A stretch of DNA of 64,000 bases from Aulosira sp. ZfuVER01 (GTDB lineage: Bacteria > Cyanobacteriota > Cyanobacteriia > Cyanobacteriales > Nostocaceae): assembly GCA_034530615.2 (NCBI GenBank), contig JAVRCV020000032.1:128001-192000 (forward strand). The letters run 5' to 3'. The notes under the pieces are model-generated. The model had not been told where the DNA came from, searched no databases, and saw nothing but the letters and a program-made list of their open reading frames with translations. Made by a program: the position numbers and the translations under genes. Of this stretch, positions 23,241 to 33,546 are shown piece by piece. Every line of letters starts with the position of its first letter. Positions within the stretch are counted from its first letter, which is position 1.

Positions 23241-25766
23241 CTAAATGTTATTGTTCCTAACATTCAAAATGTTTGAATTGCTGGACAAATCAACTCTTGG
23301 AACCGCAGCACAAGTTAACGGCGGTTGGATATGTGCAGGAGATTGTGCCGCAATTAATTCAACTTTGCCTTGGGCGTTACGATGCCAGGAAGTAGCTTCG
23401 ACAATGACAGTTGGTGATGTAGGTGTTTTGGCAGTTACATTACTAGTTTTGCGATATGCAGAGATGTCACGGATATCAGACCAAGTGCGATCGCTCCTCA
23501 CTTCCTGCGTGGGATTTTGTGGTACACCACCCCGTCCCGTAGCCACAAATTTACTGCCTTGTTCGCTGGCACAACCTGTAGCAATTTGCTGCGATGGATC
23601 GGTAACATTTGCAGGTAATTCTACTAAGCCAGAATTGGGATCGACACCGATGTTATTAATTTGAACTGTGCCACTAACACCAAATTGGGAACTGGCGGTG
23701 ATGTCATTTTCTGGGGTAAGTTCAGGACGAAACTGCAATCCAATTAAACCCTGAGTGGTGATTTGAATATTGCCGCCCTTCCCTTGAAAGGCATTCGCAA
23801 TAATGTCACTGTTTCCCACTCCAGCAACGATTGGTGCATTGATATTGATATTACCGCCATTACCATTACCGCCTGCGGTAGCTGCGATCGCGCTATTGCT
23901 ACGCAGCAGCAACAACTTCCCAACATCTAAAGCGATATTCCCGCCATTACCCGATTCTGTTGCTGCTTGGATGCTGGCTTGACGCTCTAATCGAATGGTA
24001 TTAGCTGTAATGTTGAGACTGCCACCATTGCCGCTACCTTGACTAGTAACACTCACTGTTCCACCATCCATCAATTTCAGGTTGGGTGTAGTAATGCGCA
24101 CATTACCCGCATTGGCTGTTAGTATGTCTGGCAAACGAAATAGCTGCTGAAATTGTGGATCTAATCGTAAGACAGATGAGTTGATGCTGCTGTTATTGCT
24201 CTGATTGCGTCCAGCGATTTCAATCGATTCTGTAGCGTTAATACTCAGATCTCCACCATTACCAATAAAAAATGTAGTTGCAGCAACAGCTCCCCCATCG
24301 AGAATTTGTAACTTAGCTGTATCTAGGGTTAAGATTTTGGCATTTCCCATTGCAAATGTAGTAGAGCTAATGTTGCTATATAGTCCGAAAGGGTTTTCTC
24401 CCATCACAGTGGTGCGATCGTTGCGAATTGTCACCTTACCACTAGAGCCACTACCAAATGTAGCTGAACTCAATGAAGCGCCACCTGATACTACTAAACT
24501 ATTGCCATTAACAAAGATGTCGCCTGCGTTCCCCGAACTATAATAGCTAGATGTGCTTAGGGTACTAATGCCTGTAGGATTGATTGGTGAAAAGCCAGAT
24601 AATTCAATTGCACTTGCCTGAATTTCGATATTGCCACTTGCAGCCTTTCCTAGAGTAGAACTATTCAATCCTGCTCCCTGTTGGAGTGTCAGCTTGGGAG
24701 TAATGACGCTGATATCGCTACCAGCTGCACTGCCGAAAGTTTCACTGCGAATCCCACTCCAAATTGCAGCATCGGTTCTACCAATCATGTCTATCGCTGC
24801 TGATGCTTGCAGGTGAATTTTACCTCCGGCTAAATCACCGAAATTTTGTGCCAGTATCAGTGAACCATCCGTGAATTCAATATGTCGCCCCTGAACCTGT
24901 ACAGATCCCGCATTGATTCCACTTACATTAACTAGCGATCGCTGTGCTAGTTGAATATCGCCAAAGCTTTGCCCATTTTCATAACCCAAGGTATAGCCTT
25001 GTACTGTGGGTATGAGGCTGACCAATCCTACACCACTCACGCTGCCTAATTCTACTTGCCCCTGTTGAGCAGTTAGAGTTGCCCCATTCAGATCCAAATT
25101 GCCCCCTACCAAAGCTAGGGTTTGTCCTGGCTGTACCCGCAGTTCGCTAGCACTAGGAGTCACAGTTATTGGCGGCAATCCATTGGGATTGGGATTTCTT
25201 AAGGAGTGTCCGGTGCCTTGGACAATGATCGCCGCCGGATTGCTGCCCATTTGCAAACCAATGGGAACATTAATGCTTAAAAGGGGCTGAGTTTGGGAAT
25301 TAATTGCACTAAACTCTGCACCATCAGCAAACTTAATGCTATTTGCAGTTGTACCAACAAACGATCCACCAATATTCAGTTGAGCATTAGGGCCAAATAA
25401 AATGCCACTAGGATTAATCAAAAATAGGCTCACAGGATGATTGCTGTTGATGGTTTGAATTATGCCATCAATGTTAGAAATGCTACCTCCTGTAACCCGG
25501 CCAAATATAGTAGTTATGTTTGGTGTGTTGACTACATCAAAGATAGCTGAAGTACCAGTAGGAACGCTAAATTGCTGGAAACTGTGAAATAAATTACTGT
25601 TGGCAGCACTGCCGTTATTGATGATAAAATTGCTACCACTTTGTGAAACATTTGTATTAAGAGTGCCATCGGACGTAACCTGGGCGTTAGCAAAGCCACA
25701 CCAGAGAAATATGCTACCTGTCAAAATTCCATTAACCAAATTCCAGCAAATAGAAGGCGCTTTCAT
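23241..25766 (-). CDS. Filamentous hemagglutinin-like TpsA exoprotein (paralog)
   Basis: NLFHSF, NPSG motif; C-terminus nearly identical to the neighbour. Confidence 0.9.
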   Translation of the reverse strand: MKAPSICWNLVNGILTGSIFLWCGFANAQVTSDGTLNTNVSQSGSNFIINNGSAANSNLFHSFQQFSVPTGTSAIFDVVNTPNITTIFGRVTGGSISNIDGIIQTINSNHPVSLFLINPSGILFGPNAQLNIGGSFVGTTANSIKFADGAEFSAINSQTQPLLSINVPIGLQMGSNPAAIIVQGTGHSLRNPNPNGLPPITVTPSASELRVQPGQTLALVGGNLDLNGATLTAQQGQVELGSVSGVGLVSLIPTVQGYTLGYENGQSFGDIQLAQRSLVNVSGINAGSVQVQGRHIEFTDGSLILAQNFGDLAGGKIHLQASAAIDMIGRTDAAIWSGIRSETFGSAAGSDISVITPKLTLQQGAGLNSSTLGKAASGNIEIQASAIELSGFSPINPTGISTLSTSSYYSSGNAGDIFVNGNSLVVSGGASLSSATFGSGSSGKVTIRNDRTTVMGENPFGLYSNISSTTFAMGNAKILTLDTAKLQILDGGAVAATTFFIGNGGDLSINATESIEIAGRNQSNNSSINSSVLRLDPQFQQLFRLPDILTANAGNVRITTPNLKLMDGGTVSVTSQGSGNGGSLNITANTIRLERQASIQAATESGNGGNIALDVGKLLLLRSNSAIAATAGGNGNGGNININAPIVAGVGNSDIIANAFQGKGGNIQITTQGLIGLQFRPELTPENDITASSQFGVSGTVQINNIGVDPNSGLVELPANVTDPSQQIATGCASEQGSKFVATGRGGVPQNPTQEVRSDRTWSDIRDISAYRKTSNVTAKTPTSPTVIVEATSWHRNAQGKVELIAAQSPAHIQPPLTCAAVPRVDLSSNSNILNVRNNNI

Positions 25767-25805
25767 CTAGCAGTTTCCAACAATACTTATATAAATAGAG
25801 TTCCC

Positions 25806-27578
25806 TCAAAACGGTGAATACTGCACGGAGAAGTACAAACCATTTTCCTGAAGCGATCGCTTTTCACCCTCTACTGATGTCAGCGGAATACCCCAATCCA
25901 AACGGGCTGAGAAGTTATTACCCTGTTTCCATAGCAGCCCTAATCCAGTACCTACTAACATACTTGGTGAAGGATTGTCGCCTTTGGTATTCCAACCTTT
26001 ACCAATATCGATAAAGGGTGTCAGTTGTAGCACTCCTCCCAGCTTGGGCGCGCGTAAAATCGGCAAGCGAAACTCTGCCGAAAACAACATGCCATTGTCT
26101 GTGAGTAATGTGTCTTGGCGATAGCCCCGCACACTTACCTGTCCGCCCAGGCCAAATTGTTCTAAGGGCACTAAGGAATCTGCTGCTAGTTGTAAATCAC
26201 CTCTAGCTAAAAACAAAGTATCTGGTGCCAACTGTCGCACCCACTGCGCCTGTCCCCGCCAAGCGAAAAAGCGGCTATCTGGTTCATCTTCGCTCACATT
26301 GGCATCAAACCAATCTACACCCAAGCTAAATTGCGATCGCACTGCAAACACGTGCTGATTGCTGCGCTGGGTATACTCCTGAAAAAAGCGGAGAGCCGAA
26401 ATATTGGTTCTTCCTTGGGCATCTGCACCAGGTGAAAGTCGAAACGGGCCAATGTTATCAATGCCCAACTCTGTTTGGCTTTCTTGGCGCGAGAACGATA
26501 ATCCCACAGCTAAATCCTGAGTAGGTTTTTGCAGTAATGGTTGGCGATAGCCAAATTCGTAAGATGTCGTATTTGATTGAATATCTAAGACGCTGAATGG
26601 TTCTTCAATCACGTTGTTCCAACCCTGATTAAAACCAAACCAGAGAGTGCCGTTGTCAGGATTAATCGGTAGTGCGTAATTGAGATTGATTGTATTACTG
26701 CCATCGGTATTGGCGTATCCCACATTCAGGGTATCGCCTAAACCAAGTAAATTAGCTTGTTGTAGATCTATTCCCCGACGGAAACTACCAACACTGGGCG
26801 ATCGCCCATTATCGAGGGTAGCTGTGAGGGAAAATGTGTCGGCTTCTTGAATCTCGACTTGCAATATATTGGTTCCCGGACTTACACCCATCTGCAATTC
26901 AGCTGATAGATTTTGAATTCGCGGATCGAGGCGTAGCAGTTGGAGTTTTTCCATTAAGCGCGGTATATTTAAAGGCTTTCCCGCCCCAAGTTGAATGCGA
27001 TCGCGAATGTATTGACTACGCAATCGTCTATTACCTCTGATTTTGATTTCTTGCAGACTACCTTCGATAACCTGAATTTTAATCGTCCCAGCTTCTACTG
27101 TCTGCGGTGTAATTAATGCCCCTGTAGTGACATAGCCTTTATCAGTGTAAAGCTTCGTAATCGCATCTTTGATTTGCAGTAATTCTGCAAATGTCAATTC
27201 TCTGCCAACGAAGGGATTGGTAATTGCAGCCAACTGTTCTGGTTTGAAGACTGTACTGCCAACAACTTCAATGCGATCGACCCGAAATTTGATATTAGAA
27301 TCATCCTGTGCGGGAATTGACGGCTCTGGTAGTGTGGGCGGTGGAAGTAATTGATTGTTTTCTGGCGGCTTTGGCAACACATCCGCAGGTAAGGGGGTTA
27401 CAGGAACCTCTTCTATCCTTCCAGGCGGCAAGTTCTGAGGATTTGGAGTTTGGGCGTAGGCGTAGCCCGACGTAGTCATCGCGTCCTGATAGTTACTCAG
27501 TACCGTGGCTAAAACAAAGCTAAATGTCAGAGATTTGAGAGGTCTATTCAATGTTGACGTATATCTGACGGTAGTCAT
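25806..27578 (-). CDS. ShlB/FhaC/HecB family TpsB outer-membrane transporter
   Basis: POTRA (YTDKGYVTT), VRGY motif, terminal Phe. Confidence 0.92.
   Translation of the reverse strand: MTTVRYTSTLNRPLKSLTFSFVLATVLSNYQDAMTTSGYAYAQTPNPQNLPPGRIEEVPVTPLPADVLPKPPENNQLLPPPTLPEPSIPAQDDSNIKFRVDRIEVVGSTVFKPEQLAAITNPFVGRELTFAELLQIKDAITKLYTDKGYVTTGALITPQTVEAGTIKIQVIEGSLQEIKIRGNRRLRSQYIRDRIQLGAGKPLNIPRLMEKLQLLRLDPRIQNLSAELQMGVSPGTNILQVEIQEADTFSLTATLDNGRSPSVGSFRRGIDLQQANLLGLGDTLNVGYANTDGSNTINLNYALPINPDNGTLWFGFNQGWNNVIEEPFSVLDIQSNTTSYEFGYRQPLLQKPTQDLAVGLSFSRQESQTELGIDNIGPFRLSPGADAQGRTNISALRFFQEYTQRSNQHVFAVRSQFSLGVDWFDANVSEDEPDSRFFAWRGQAQWVRQLAPDTLFLARGDLQLAADSLVPLEQFGLGGQVSVRGYRQDTLLTDNGMLFSAEFRLPILRAPKLGGVLQLTPFIDIGKGWNTKGDNPSPSMLVGTGLGLLWKQGNNFSARLDWGIPLTSVEGEKRSLQENGLYFSVQYSPF
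27457..27477. mobile_element. 21-nt small dispersed repeat inserted in a HIP1 site (SDR5-like)
   Basis: GCG-[TAGGCGTAGCCCGACGTAGTC]-ATCGC; removal restores GCGATCGC; in frame (MTTSGYAYA). Confidence 0.8.
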
Positions 27579-28277
27579 TTTTTATCCTTTTTGTCGCTCC
27601 CAGACAAAGAAAATATGTGAGTCAAGTCAGTTGATATAAAGCTTTTGGTCAGTCAATCGCACCCACCCTCCGATCGCAGATAACTGTGTCCGTCAGATGT
27701 TTAATCAAAAATAACCAGTAAATTTCCCCTGTGCTGCTTGCGGTAATTGAGCTAAAGATAGAGAAACTACCATGAAGCAACAACTAAATGGATACAAATT
27801 AATGATATTTTTTAGACTTCTATTATAAGTACTAATTCTGAGGATAATCTGAAGATTTATTTTTTAAAGGCTCAAATAGCCTGGTTTATAAGGCTATGAG
27901 TTGAGAGAGCCGCATGACTGTTGATTTACTAAGTGCCTATATTTACACTAGTATATAAGTAAATAGAAAACTGACTAAAATTATAGATTTGAGCAATACT
28001 TATGAAGATGGGCGATCGCCTTTGACAACAAACAAGCAATTGATGCCGTTAAGTTATGAATATGGCAACAATGGTTAAATATTCTCAACTAAATTAATAA
28101 CTGCTAACTGCAACTACAGTTCATACCCTCCGACCTGATGTAACATAGTCAAGCACTAGATCGTGCAGATAAATTTGCCGATCAAATTCCGATCTTGCAA
28201 CAAACGTTACTAAATGGCTGCTGAAGGCTAATAGTAGAATAGGGTACAGAAAGCAGCACGGAAGGGAGGAAGGGAAA

Positions 28278-29120
28278 TTGGATGAACTGAGGGCGGCTCT
28301 AGAGCTAGCAACTGAAGAAGAATTGCAAGATTTAACGGCAATTCTGTTTAGTCGTAAGTTCAATCCTTTAGACTACGTTCACACACCTGAACCAATCGTA
28401 GTTCAAAGTCAAGACCGCAAGGCTTGGTTAGATACACTAGAGGATCGTTTTCGCTTTTTGGCAGCAGATGGGATGACGGTATTGCGAGGACGCACCAGCC
28501 AGGTAACTTACCGACAAGCGTTAATTCAAGTATGTAAGTATTTAAAAATACCCTATTCTAGCCAACTGGCAACAGTTGATTTAGAAGCAGAAGTATTTTT
28601 GCATTTATTAGGGCACGTATGGAAAAAATTGCCTGAACAAGAAAAGCAAAAATTAACTTTACAGGTGCAGCGTCACCTAATCAAATCAGAAGCTAAAGAA
28701 CCATTACCACTTTTATTGCAACGTGACCCCTTAGGATTAATTTTTAAAGGTGGTAGTGCCATAGCCGTAACTTCTGTGATCCAACCGCTTGTGCTGAAAC
28801 AAATTGCCCGCCAATTTGCTGCACATTTTGCGACCTATCAAGTAGCCAAACAAACTGCTATTCAAGGGACAGCAGCCACGACTACGCAGTTTCAAAGCTA
28901 TGTAGCCCTGCAAATGGCACGGCGGGGTATGACGGTAAATGCAGCTCGTTATGGGGCGGTGCGTAGTGTTTTTGCTTTTGTTGGGCCAGTAATGTGGGCT
29001 TGGTTTTTTGCAGATTTGGGTTGGAGAGCGATCGCCACTAACTATGGTCGCATTATTCCGACTATCTTTGCGTTAGCGCAAATTCGTCTTACCCGTAGTG
29101 AATGTTGGGAGCCAGCTTGA
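28278..29120 (+). CDS. YaaW family protein
   Basis: Conserved cyanobacterial sequence MDELRAALELATEEEL...FNPLDY. Confidence 0.75.
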   Translation: MDELRAALELATEEELQDLTAILFSRKFNPLDYVHTPEPIVVQSQDRKAWLDTLEDRFRFLAADGMTVLRGRTSQVTYRQALIQVCKYLKIPYSSQLATVDLEAEVFLHLLGHVWKKLPEQEKQKLTLQVQRHLIKSEAKEPLPLLLQRDPLGLIFKGGSAIAVTSVIQPLVLKQIARQFAAHFATYQVAKQTAIQGTAATTTQFQSYVALQMARRGMTVNAARYGAVRSVFAFVGPVMWAWFFADLGWRAIATNYGRIIPTIFALAQIRLTRSECWEPA

Positions 29121-30421
29121 AACAAGCTTTTTATCATCCCAATCCCGCTTTGCAATTGCCTTGGAATTTGACTCAAGTGGGACTTGTTCTCTTCCCATTG
29201 AGTCCCTTTTTGGGGGCTGTATTAATAGTTTTGGCATCCTTAATTACTGTGGTGCGCCAATGGGGCAAAATTATCAGCCGCCCTCTCAATTGGGGATTTG
29301 CTGTTCTGAGTATATTGCTGATTGTGACTGCTGGATTTGCATATCAAAAAACCCCAGCTTTCGTCGGTTTATTTAATTTTATACCCTACTTTATCGTTTT
29401 TGCCGGACTGAGTGCCCTAATTCAGAAAATCCCCCAATTGCGGCAAATAGCTTGGATTTTAGTAATTGCTTCTGTGCCAATCACTATTCTGGGCTTGGGA
29501 CAGTTATTTTTAGGCTGGAGCCTGAATTTAACGTTTTTATGGGTTGTATTAGAGTGGGCGATCGCACCTGGAGGAGAACCACCAGGTCGGATGTCTTCAA
29601 TATTAATGCACGCTAATACCTTAGCTGCTTATTTAGTCATAATTTTTACTTTAGGTTTAGGGTTAGGGTTGGAACAATGGCAGTTAATTAAGAAAACAAT
29701 TCAAAATTCACAAGTTCCCCTTATCTTTCTGATTTTCACGGGAATTCTCAATTTCATTGCCTTAATTTTTACCAACTCACGCAATGGCTGGGCGATCGCA
29801 ATTTTTATCTGTTTAGCTTATGCACTATACCAAGGTTGGCGCATCCTTGTAGGTGGCGTTGCTAGCATCGTTACGTGCGTTCTGTTAGCAGCTTTTTCTC
29901 CCTCACCTATCGCCCAGTTTTTTCGCCGCTTCGTTCCTGCTTTCTTTTGGGCGCGGTTGAACGATGATATGTATCCCGATAGGCCTGTTGCTTTAATGCG
30001 CAAAACCCAATGGGAATTTGCCTGGTCTTTAACTCAGCAACATCCTTGGACTGGTTGGGGTTTACGCAATTTTACTGGACTATACCAAGCTAAAACGCAG
30101 ATTTCCTTAGGTCATCCCCACAACTTATTTTTGATGCTATCGTCTGAAACTGGTCTGCCAAGTACTCTGTTATTTTGTGGCTTAATCGGTTGGATCTTAA
30201 TAGCATCTATTCAACTACTAGGAAATTCAAAATTTCTACATCAAGAAGATAGATTGATATTTTTCACTTATCTCGTAGTTTTGTTTGGCTGGTTGTTATT
30301 TAATACTGTTGATGTCACCCTCTACGATTTCCGGCTAAATACGCTTTCATGGTTAATGTTATCTGCTGTTTGTGGATTAGTTTATCGCTATGAACAAGAC
30401 CAGAGATTGAAAGCTCAATAA
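29102..30421 (+). CDS. O-antigen ligase family membrane protein
   Basis: Multi-TM; T.SR.GW, PWTGWG, HPHN motifs. Confidence 0.85.
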   Translation: MLGASLKQAFYHPNPALQLPWNLTQVGLVLFPLSPFLGAVLIVLASLITVVRQWGKIISRPLNWGFAVLSILLIVTAGFAYQKTPAFVGLFNFIPYFIVFAGLSALIQKIPQLRQIAWILVIASVPITILGLGQLFLGWSLNLTFLWVVLEWAIAPGGEPPGRMSSILMHANTLAAYLVIIFTLGLGLGLEQWQLIKKTIQNSQVPLIFLIFTGILNFIALIFTNSRNGWAIAIFICLAYALYQGWRILVGGVASIVTCVLLAAFSPSPIAQFFRRFVPAFFWARLNDDMYPDRPVALMRKTQWEFAWSLTQQHPWTGWGLRNFTGLYQAKTQISLGHPHNLFLMLSSETGLPSTLLFCGLIGWILIASIQLLGNSKFLHQEDRLIFFTYLVVLFGWLLFNTVDVTLYDFRLNTLSWLMLSAVCGLVYRYEQDQRLKAQ

Positions 30422-30828
30422 AATTAGTCTTGCAGTCAATTTTGAGTATTAGGCTGTAAAGTATTGAATTTGCACGCTGAATCATAAGTTTAGCCCGAGT
30501 GTTTAACAGCAAACATTGCAATATACCTCTTACATAAGTCGATTTTGTGGATAGCAAACCACAGATGAACACCGATATTTATCTGTATGCATCTGTGATG
30601 ACTTTTGTCAGATTTTTGCAAGCAGTCTAATATTTAAGCAGATCGCCTGAATGACATTCATGTATAGATAACATCCTATTTTCAGTGTATACACCGGAGC
30701 CATTTATGATTGACAGTTAATAAAATTACTATATTCACGTCTGTGAGTGTGGCTAATCAAAGTTAGTCACTGTTGCTGATTGTTGGGAAGGTGTACGGAT
30801 AACCCTTCTGGGGGTTTTCCTGCATGAT

Positions 30829-30855
30829 AGGCATCTCTTGTAGATGCCTTTTTTT
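30829..30855 (+). terminator. Rho-independent terminator
   Basis: AGGCATCT-CTTGT-AGATGCCT followed by T-run. Confidence 0.75.
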
Positions 30856-31496
30856 ATATCTTTTTTGTTATAAAAATATCTTTTTTGTTATAAAAGTATC
30901 AAGAATATTGCCTTAAGAAATCTCAGGATTTACTAATGAAAACATATCGAGATGTTTCAATTTATGAGGATGGTAGTCTATTGATTAATTGTCAGCATTA
31001 CTAATAATATAAGCTGCTGGAGTTTTGGACTTGGACAAAAATTACAAAGTTTGCATATTTCGTTATTCTTTTCTGATGCCTATAATAAACGAGGTATTGC
31101 CCATTTCCAATTAGGAGACAGAGAGCAGAGGCTGATTGGCAAAAAGCAGCCGATATGCTTCAGTAAATGAAAAATTAACCCAGAAATAAAACAGAGATGC
31201 ACACCGATAAATTCTCTGTGTTTATCGGTGTGCATCTATTGTGAAAAAGATTTCTTATACCATTTCACCAAAAATATGATGCAGACGCAAACCCTGGAAC
31301 CTTTGCTGAGTCTCAATTTCTTAATTTTGAATTTTGAATTTTGAATTGGTATCACTCCTTGGAAACAAGAGGATTATAGAAACAAATCTGAGTTGCATTC
31401 ACATCAAAGCGATCGCCGTAGTAACTCCTATGGTGTAAGCACTCGGTAGAATGGTTTTGTCTGTAATCAAAAAATCATGCCTCAGTAGCCAACCTT

Positions 31497-32018
31497 ATGC
31501 TCACAACAGCTGACTTTCTTCAATACACCCAATGGTCAGGTATTGCCACGTTGGTGTTTGCCGCCTTAGCAGTCCTGAGTTTTATTTTTAAATGGGGCAT
31601 CCGCTTTCGGCTGGTGGGTACAACTGGCTTTATGCTCGTACTAACGGGTGGTTTATTTGCTCTATCGTTAGTACCCTTGAGTCGCACTGTGATTCCTGGT
31701 GCGGTGCGGTTCACTCTCGTTTATGACAATGGTTCAACACAAGCAGTAATTGCTACCTCACCGCAGATTACTCCTTCAGAATTAGAAGCTACCTTACGTC
31801 AAGCGGCTAGTAATCTGTATTCTTATGGTCGCTTAGGTTCGCGAAATGAAAACTACCTAACGATTCGTGCCCGGACTCTGATCCACCCAGAACCAGGGGT
31901 TTCAGTACCACTATACTTGGGAGAGGTAAAGCGATCGCTAGTTAGTCGTGAAGACTCGGAGATAGCTGTGGAAATTTACCCAGAGAAATTTGCTCAGTTG
32001 CCAAAGCCCACCGTTTAA
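31497..32018 (+). CDS. ycf51: Ycf51 family protein
   Basis: WGIRFRLVG.TGF, VYDNG, TLRQAA.NL.S.GR. Confidence 0.85.
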   Translation: MLTTADFLQYTQWSGIATLVFAALAVLSFIFKWGIRFRLVGTTGFMLVLTGGLFALSLVPLSRTVIPGAVRFTLVYDNGSTQAVIATSPQITPSELEATLRQAASNLYSYGRLGSRNENYLTIRARTLIHPEPGVSVPLYLGEVKRSLVSREDSEIAVEIYPEKFAQLPKPTV

Positions 32019-32289
32019 AATTATCGGTAAAAGTTTCAACTCAGAGGGTAGAGTGCAGTATTCTTTTTGCCTTCTACACTCTGCCTTTCTAGCGAACAAT
32101 CGTCAAGCTTGGTTTAAGTTCACATTAGTTTACTAAGATTGATTTCGGTTCAATTTGCGATCGCTTCTTTAAGCTTGATACACCAGAGCTACCAGTCTAT
32201 CAACCGAGTTACGCAATTTAAAAAATTAGCTGTTTTTAATTAGGATATAACGAGTTGAAAAATATACCTTAGCTCATAACTTACACTGT

Positions 32290-33495
32290 ATGCGAGTTCT
32301 TTTTCTCCATAGTAATTTTCCGGCTCAGTACCGCCACGTAGCTTTAAATCTGGCGCAAGATCCAAACAACGTGGTTGTATTTGGTACGAAAAATCGCGAA
32401 GTCACTCTACCTGGTATCCATAAAGCTATTTTTGAACCCAGCCGCAATCCTCATCCCACAACCCATCATTACGTCCGACCATTAGAGAATGCGGTTTTGC
32501 ATGGCCAAGCTGTATATAAGCTAACTGAGCAACTCAAAGCACAAGGTTTTGTCCCCGATGTAATTTGCGGTCATTCTGGCTGGGGCCCAACTTTGTTTGT
32601 CAAGGATGCATTCCCAAACACACCGCTAATCTGTTATTTTGAATGGTTTTATCATGCTCATGGCTCAGACGCAGACTTTGATCCTACAGAACCACTAACT
32701 ATTGATGATATTGCACGTATCAGAGTAAAAAACGCACCGATATTAATTGATTTATATACTTGCGATCGCGGTTTGTCACCAACTAATTGGCAAAAATCTC
32801 AATTTCCCCCAGAATTTCAAAGTAAGATTTCTGTGCTACACGATGGAGTTGATACAGAATTTTTTCAACCCAAACCAAACGCTCAACTTGTACTACCTAA
32901 TCTTGACCTTTCTGGTGTGGATGAAATTATCACCTATGTAGCTAGGGGTATGGAGCCATATCGCGGTTTTCCTCAGTTTATTGAAGCCATTGCTTATGTA
33001 CAAGAGCGAAGACCAAATTGCCATGTCGTCATTGTTGGCGCAGATAGAGTTTGCTATGGCAAACCTTTACCAGATGGTGACACCTACAAAGACCTGATGC
33101 TGAAAAAAGTCTCTCTCGATTTATCACGGGTTCACTTTACTGGGACTTTACCCTATGGACAATATCTGCAAGTAATTCAAGCATCATCTGTACACGTTTA
33201 TTTAACCAGACCGTTTGTACTTTCTTGGTCGATGATTGAAGCCATGTCCGCAGGGTGCTTAGTCTTAGGTTCTGATACTGCACCTGTGACTGAGATTATT
33301 CAAGAAGGCGAAAACGGTTTATTGGTCGATTTCTTCTCACCACAAAAGATTGCTGACCGCATTGATGAAGTTTTAGACCATCCCACAAGGATGGAGCAAA
33401 TTCGCGTAAATGCTAGGAAAACGGTGATAGAGCGTTACGCTCTAGCTGATTTACTACCTAAACATCTTCAAATGATTAAAGATATAGGCAATTAA
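32290..33495 (+). CDS. Glycosyltransferase family 4
   Basis: HSNFPAQY, GHSGWG, RGMEPYRGF, SWSMIEAM. Confidence 0.9.
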   Translation: MRVLFLHSNFPAQYRHVALNLAQDPNNVVVFGTKNREVTLPGIHKAIFEPSRNPHPTTHHYVRPLENAVLHGQAVYKLTEQLKAQGFVPDVICGHSGWGPTLFVKDAFPNTPLICYFEWFYHAHGSDADFDPTEPLTIDDIARIRVKNAPILIDLYTCDRGLSPTNWQKSQFPPEFQSKISVLHDGVDTEFFQPKPNAQLVLPNLDLSGVDEIITYVARGMEPYRGFPQFIEAIAYVQERRPNCHVVIVGADRVCYGKPLPDGDTYKDLMLKKVSLDLSRVHFTGTLPYGQYLQVIQASSVHVYLTRPFVLSWSMIEAMSAGCLVLGSDTAPVTEIIQEGENGLLVDFFSPQKIADRIDEVLDHPTRMEQIRVNARKTVIERYALADLLPKHLQMIKDIGN

Positions 33496-33546
33496 TGAAT
33501 ATCAAAAATTTTCGTAGTAAGGACTTTAGTCCTCACTACCAAATTC

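Noticed and set aside
14903..25290. Many + strand ORFs antisense to the kinase and TpsA genes
   Set aside because: Shadow frames of well-supported minus-strand genes
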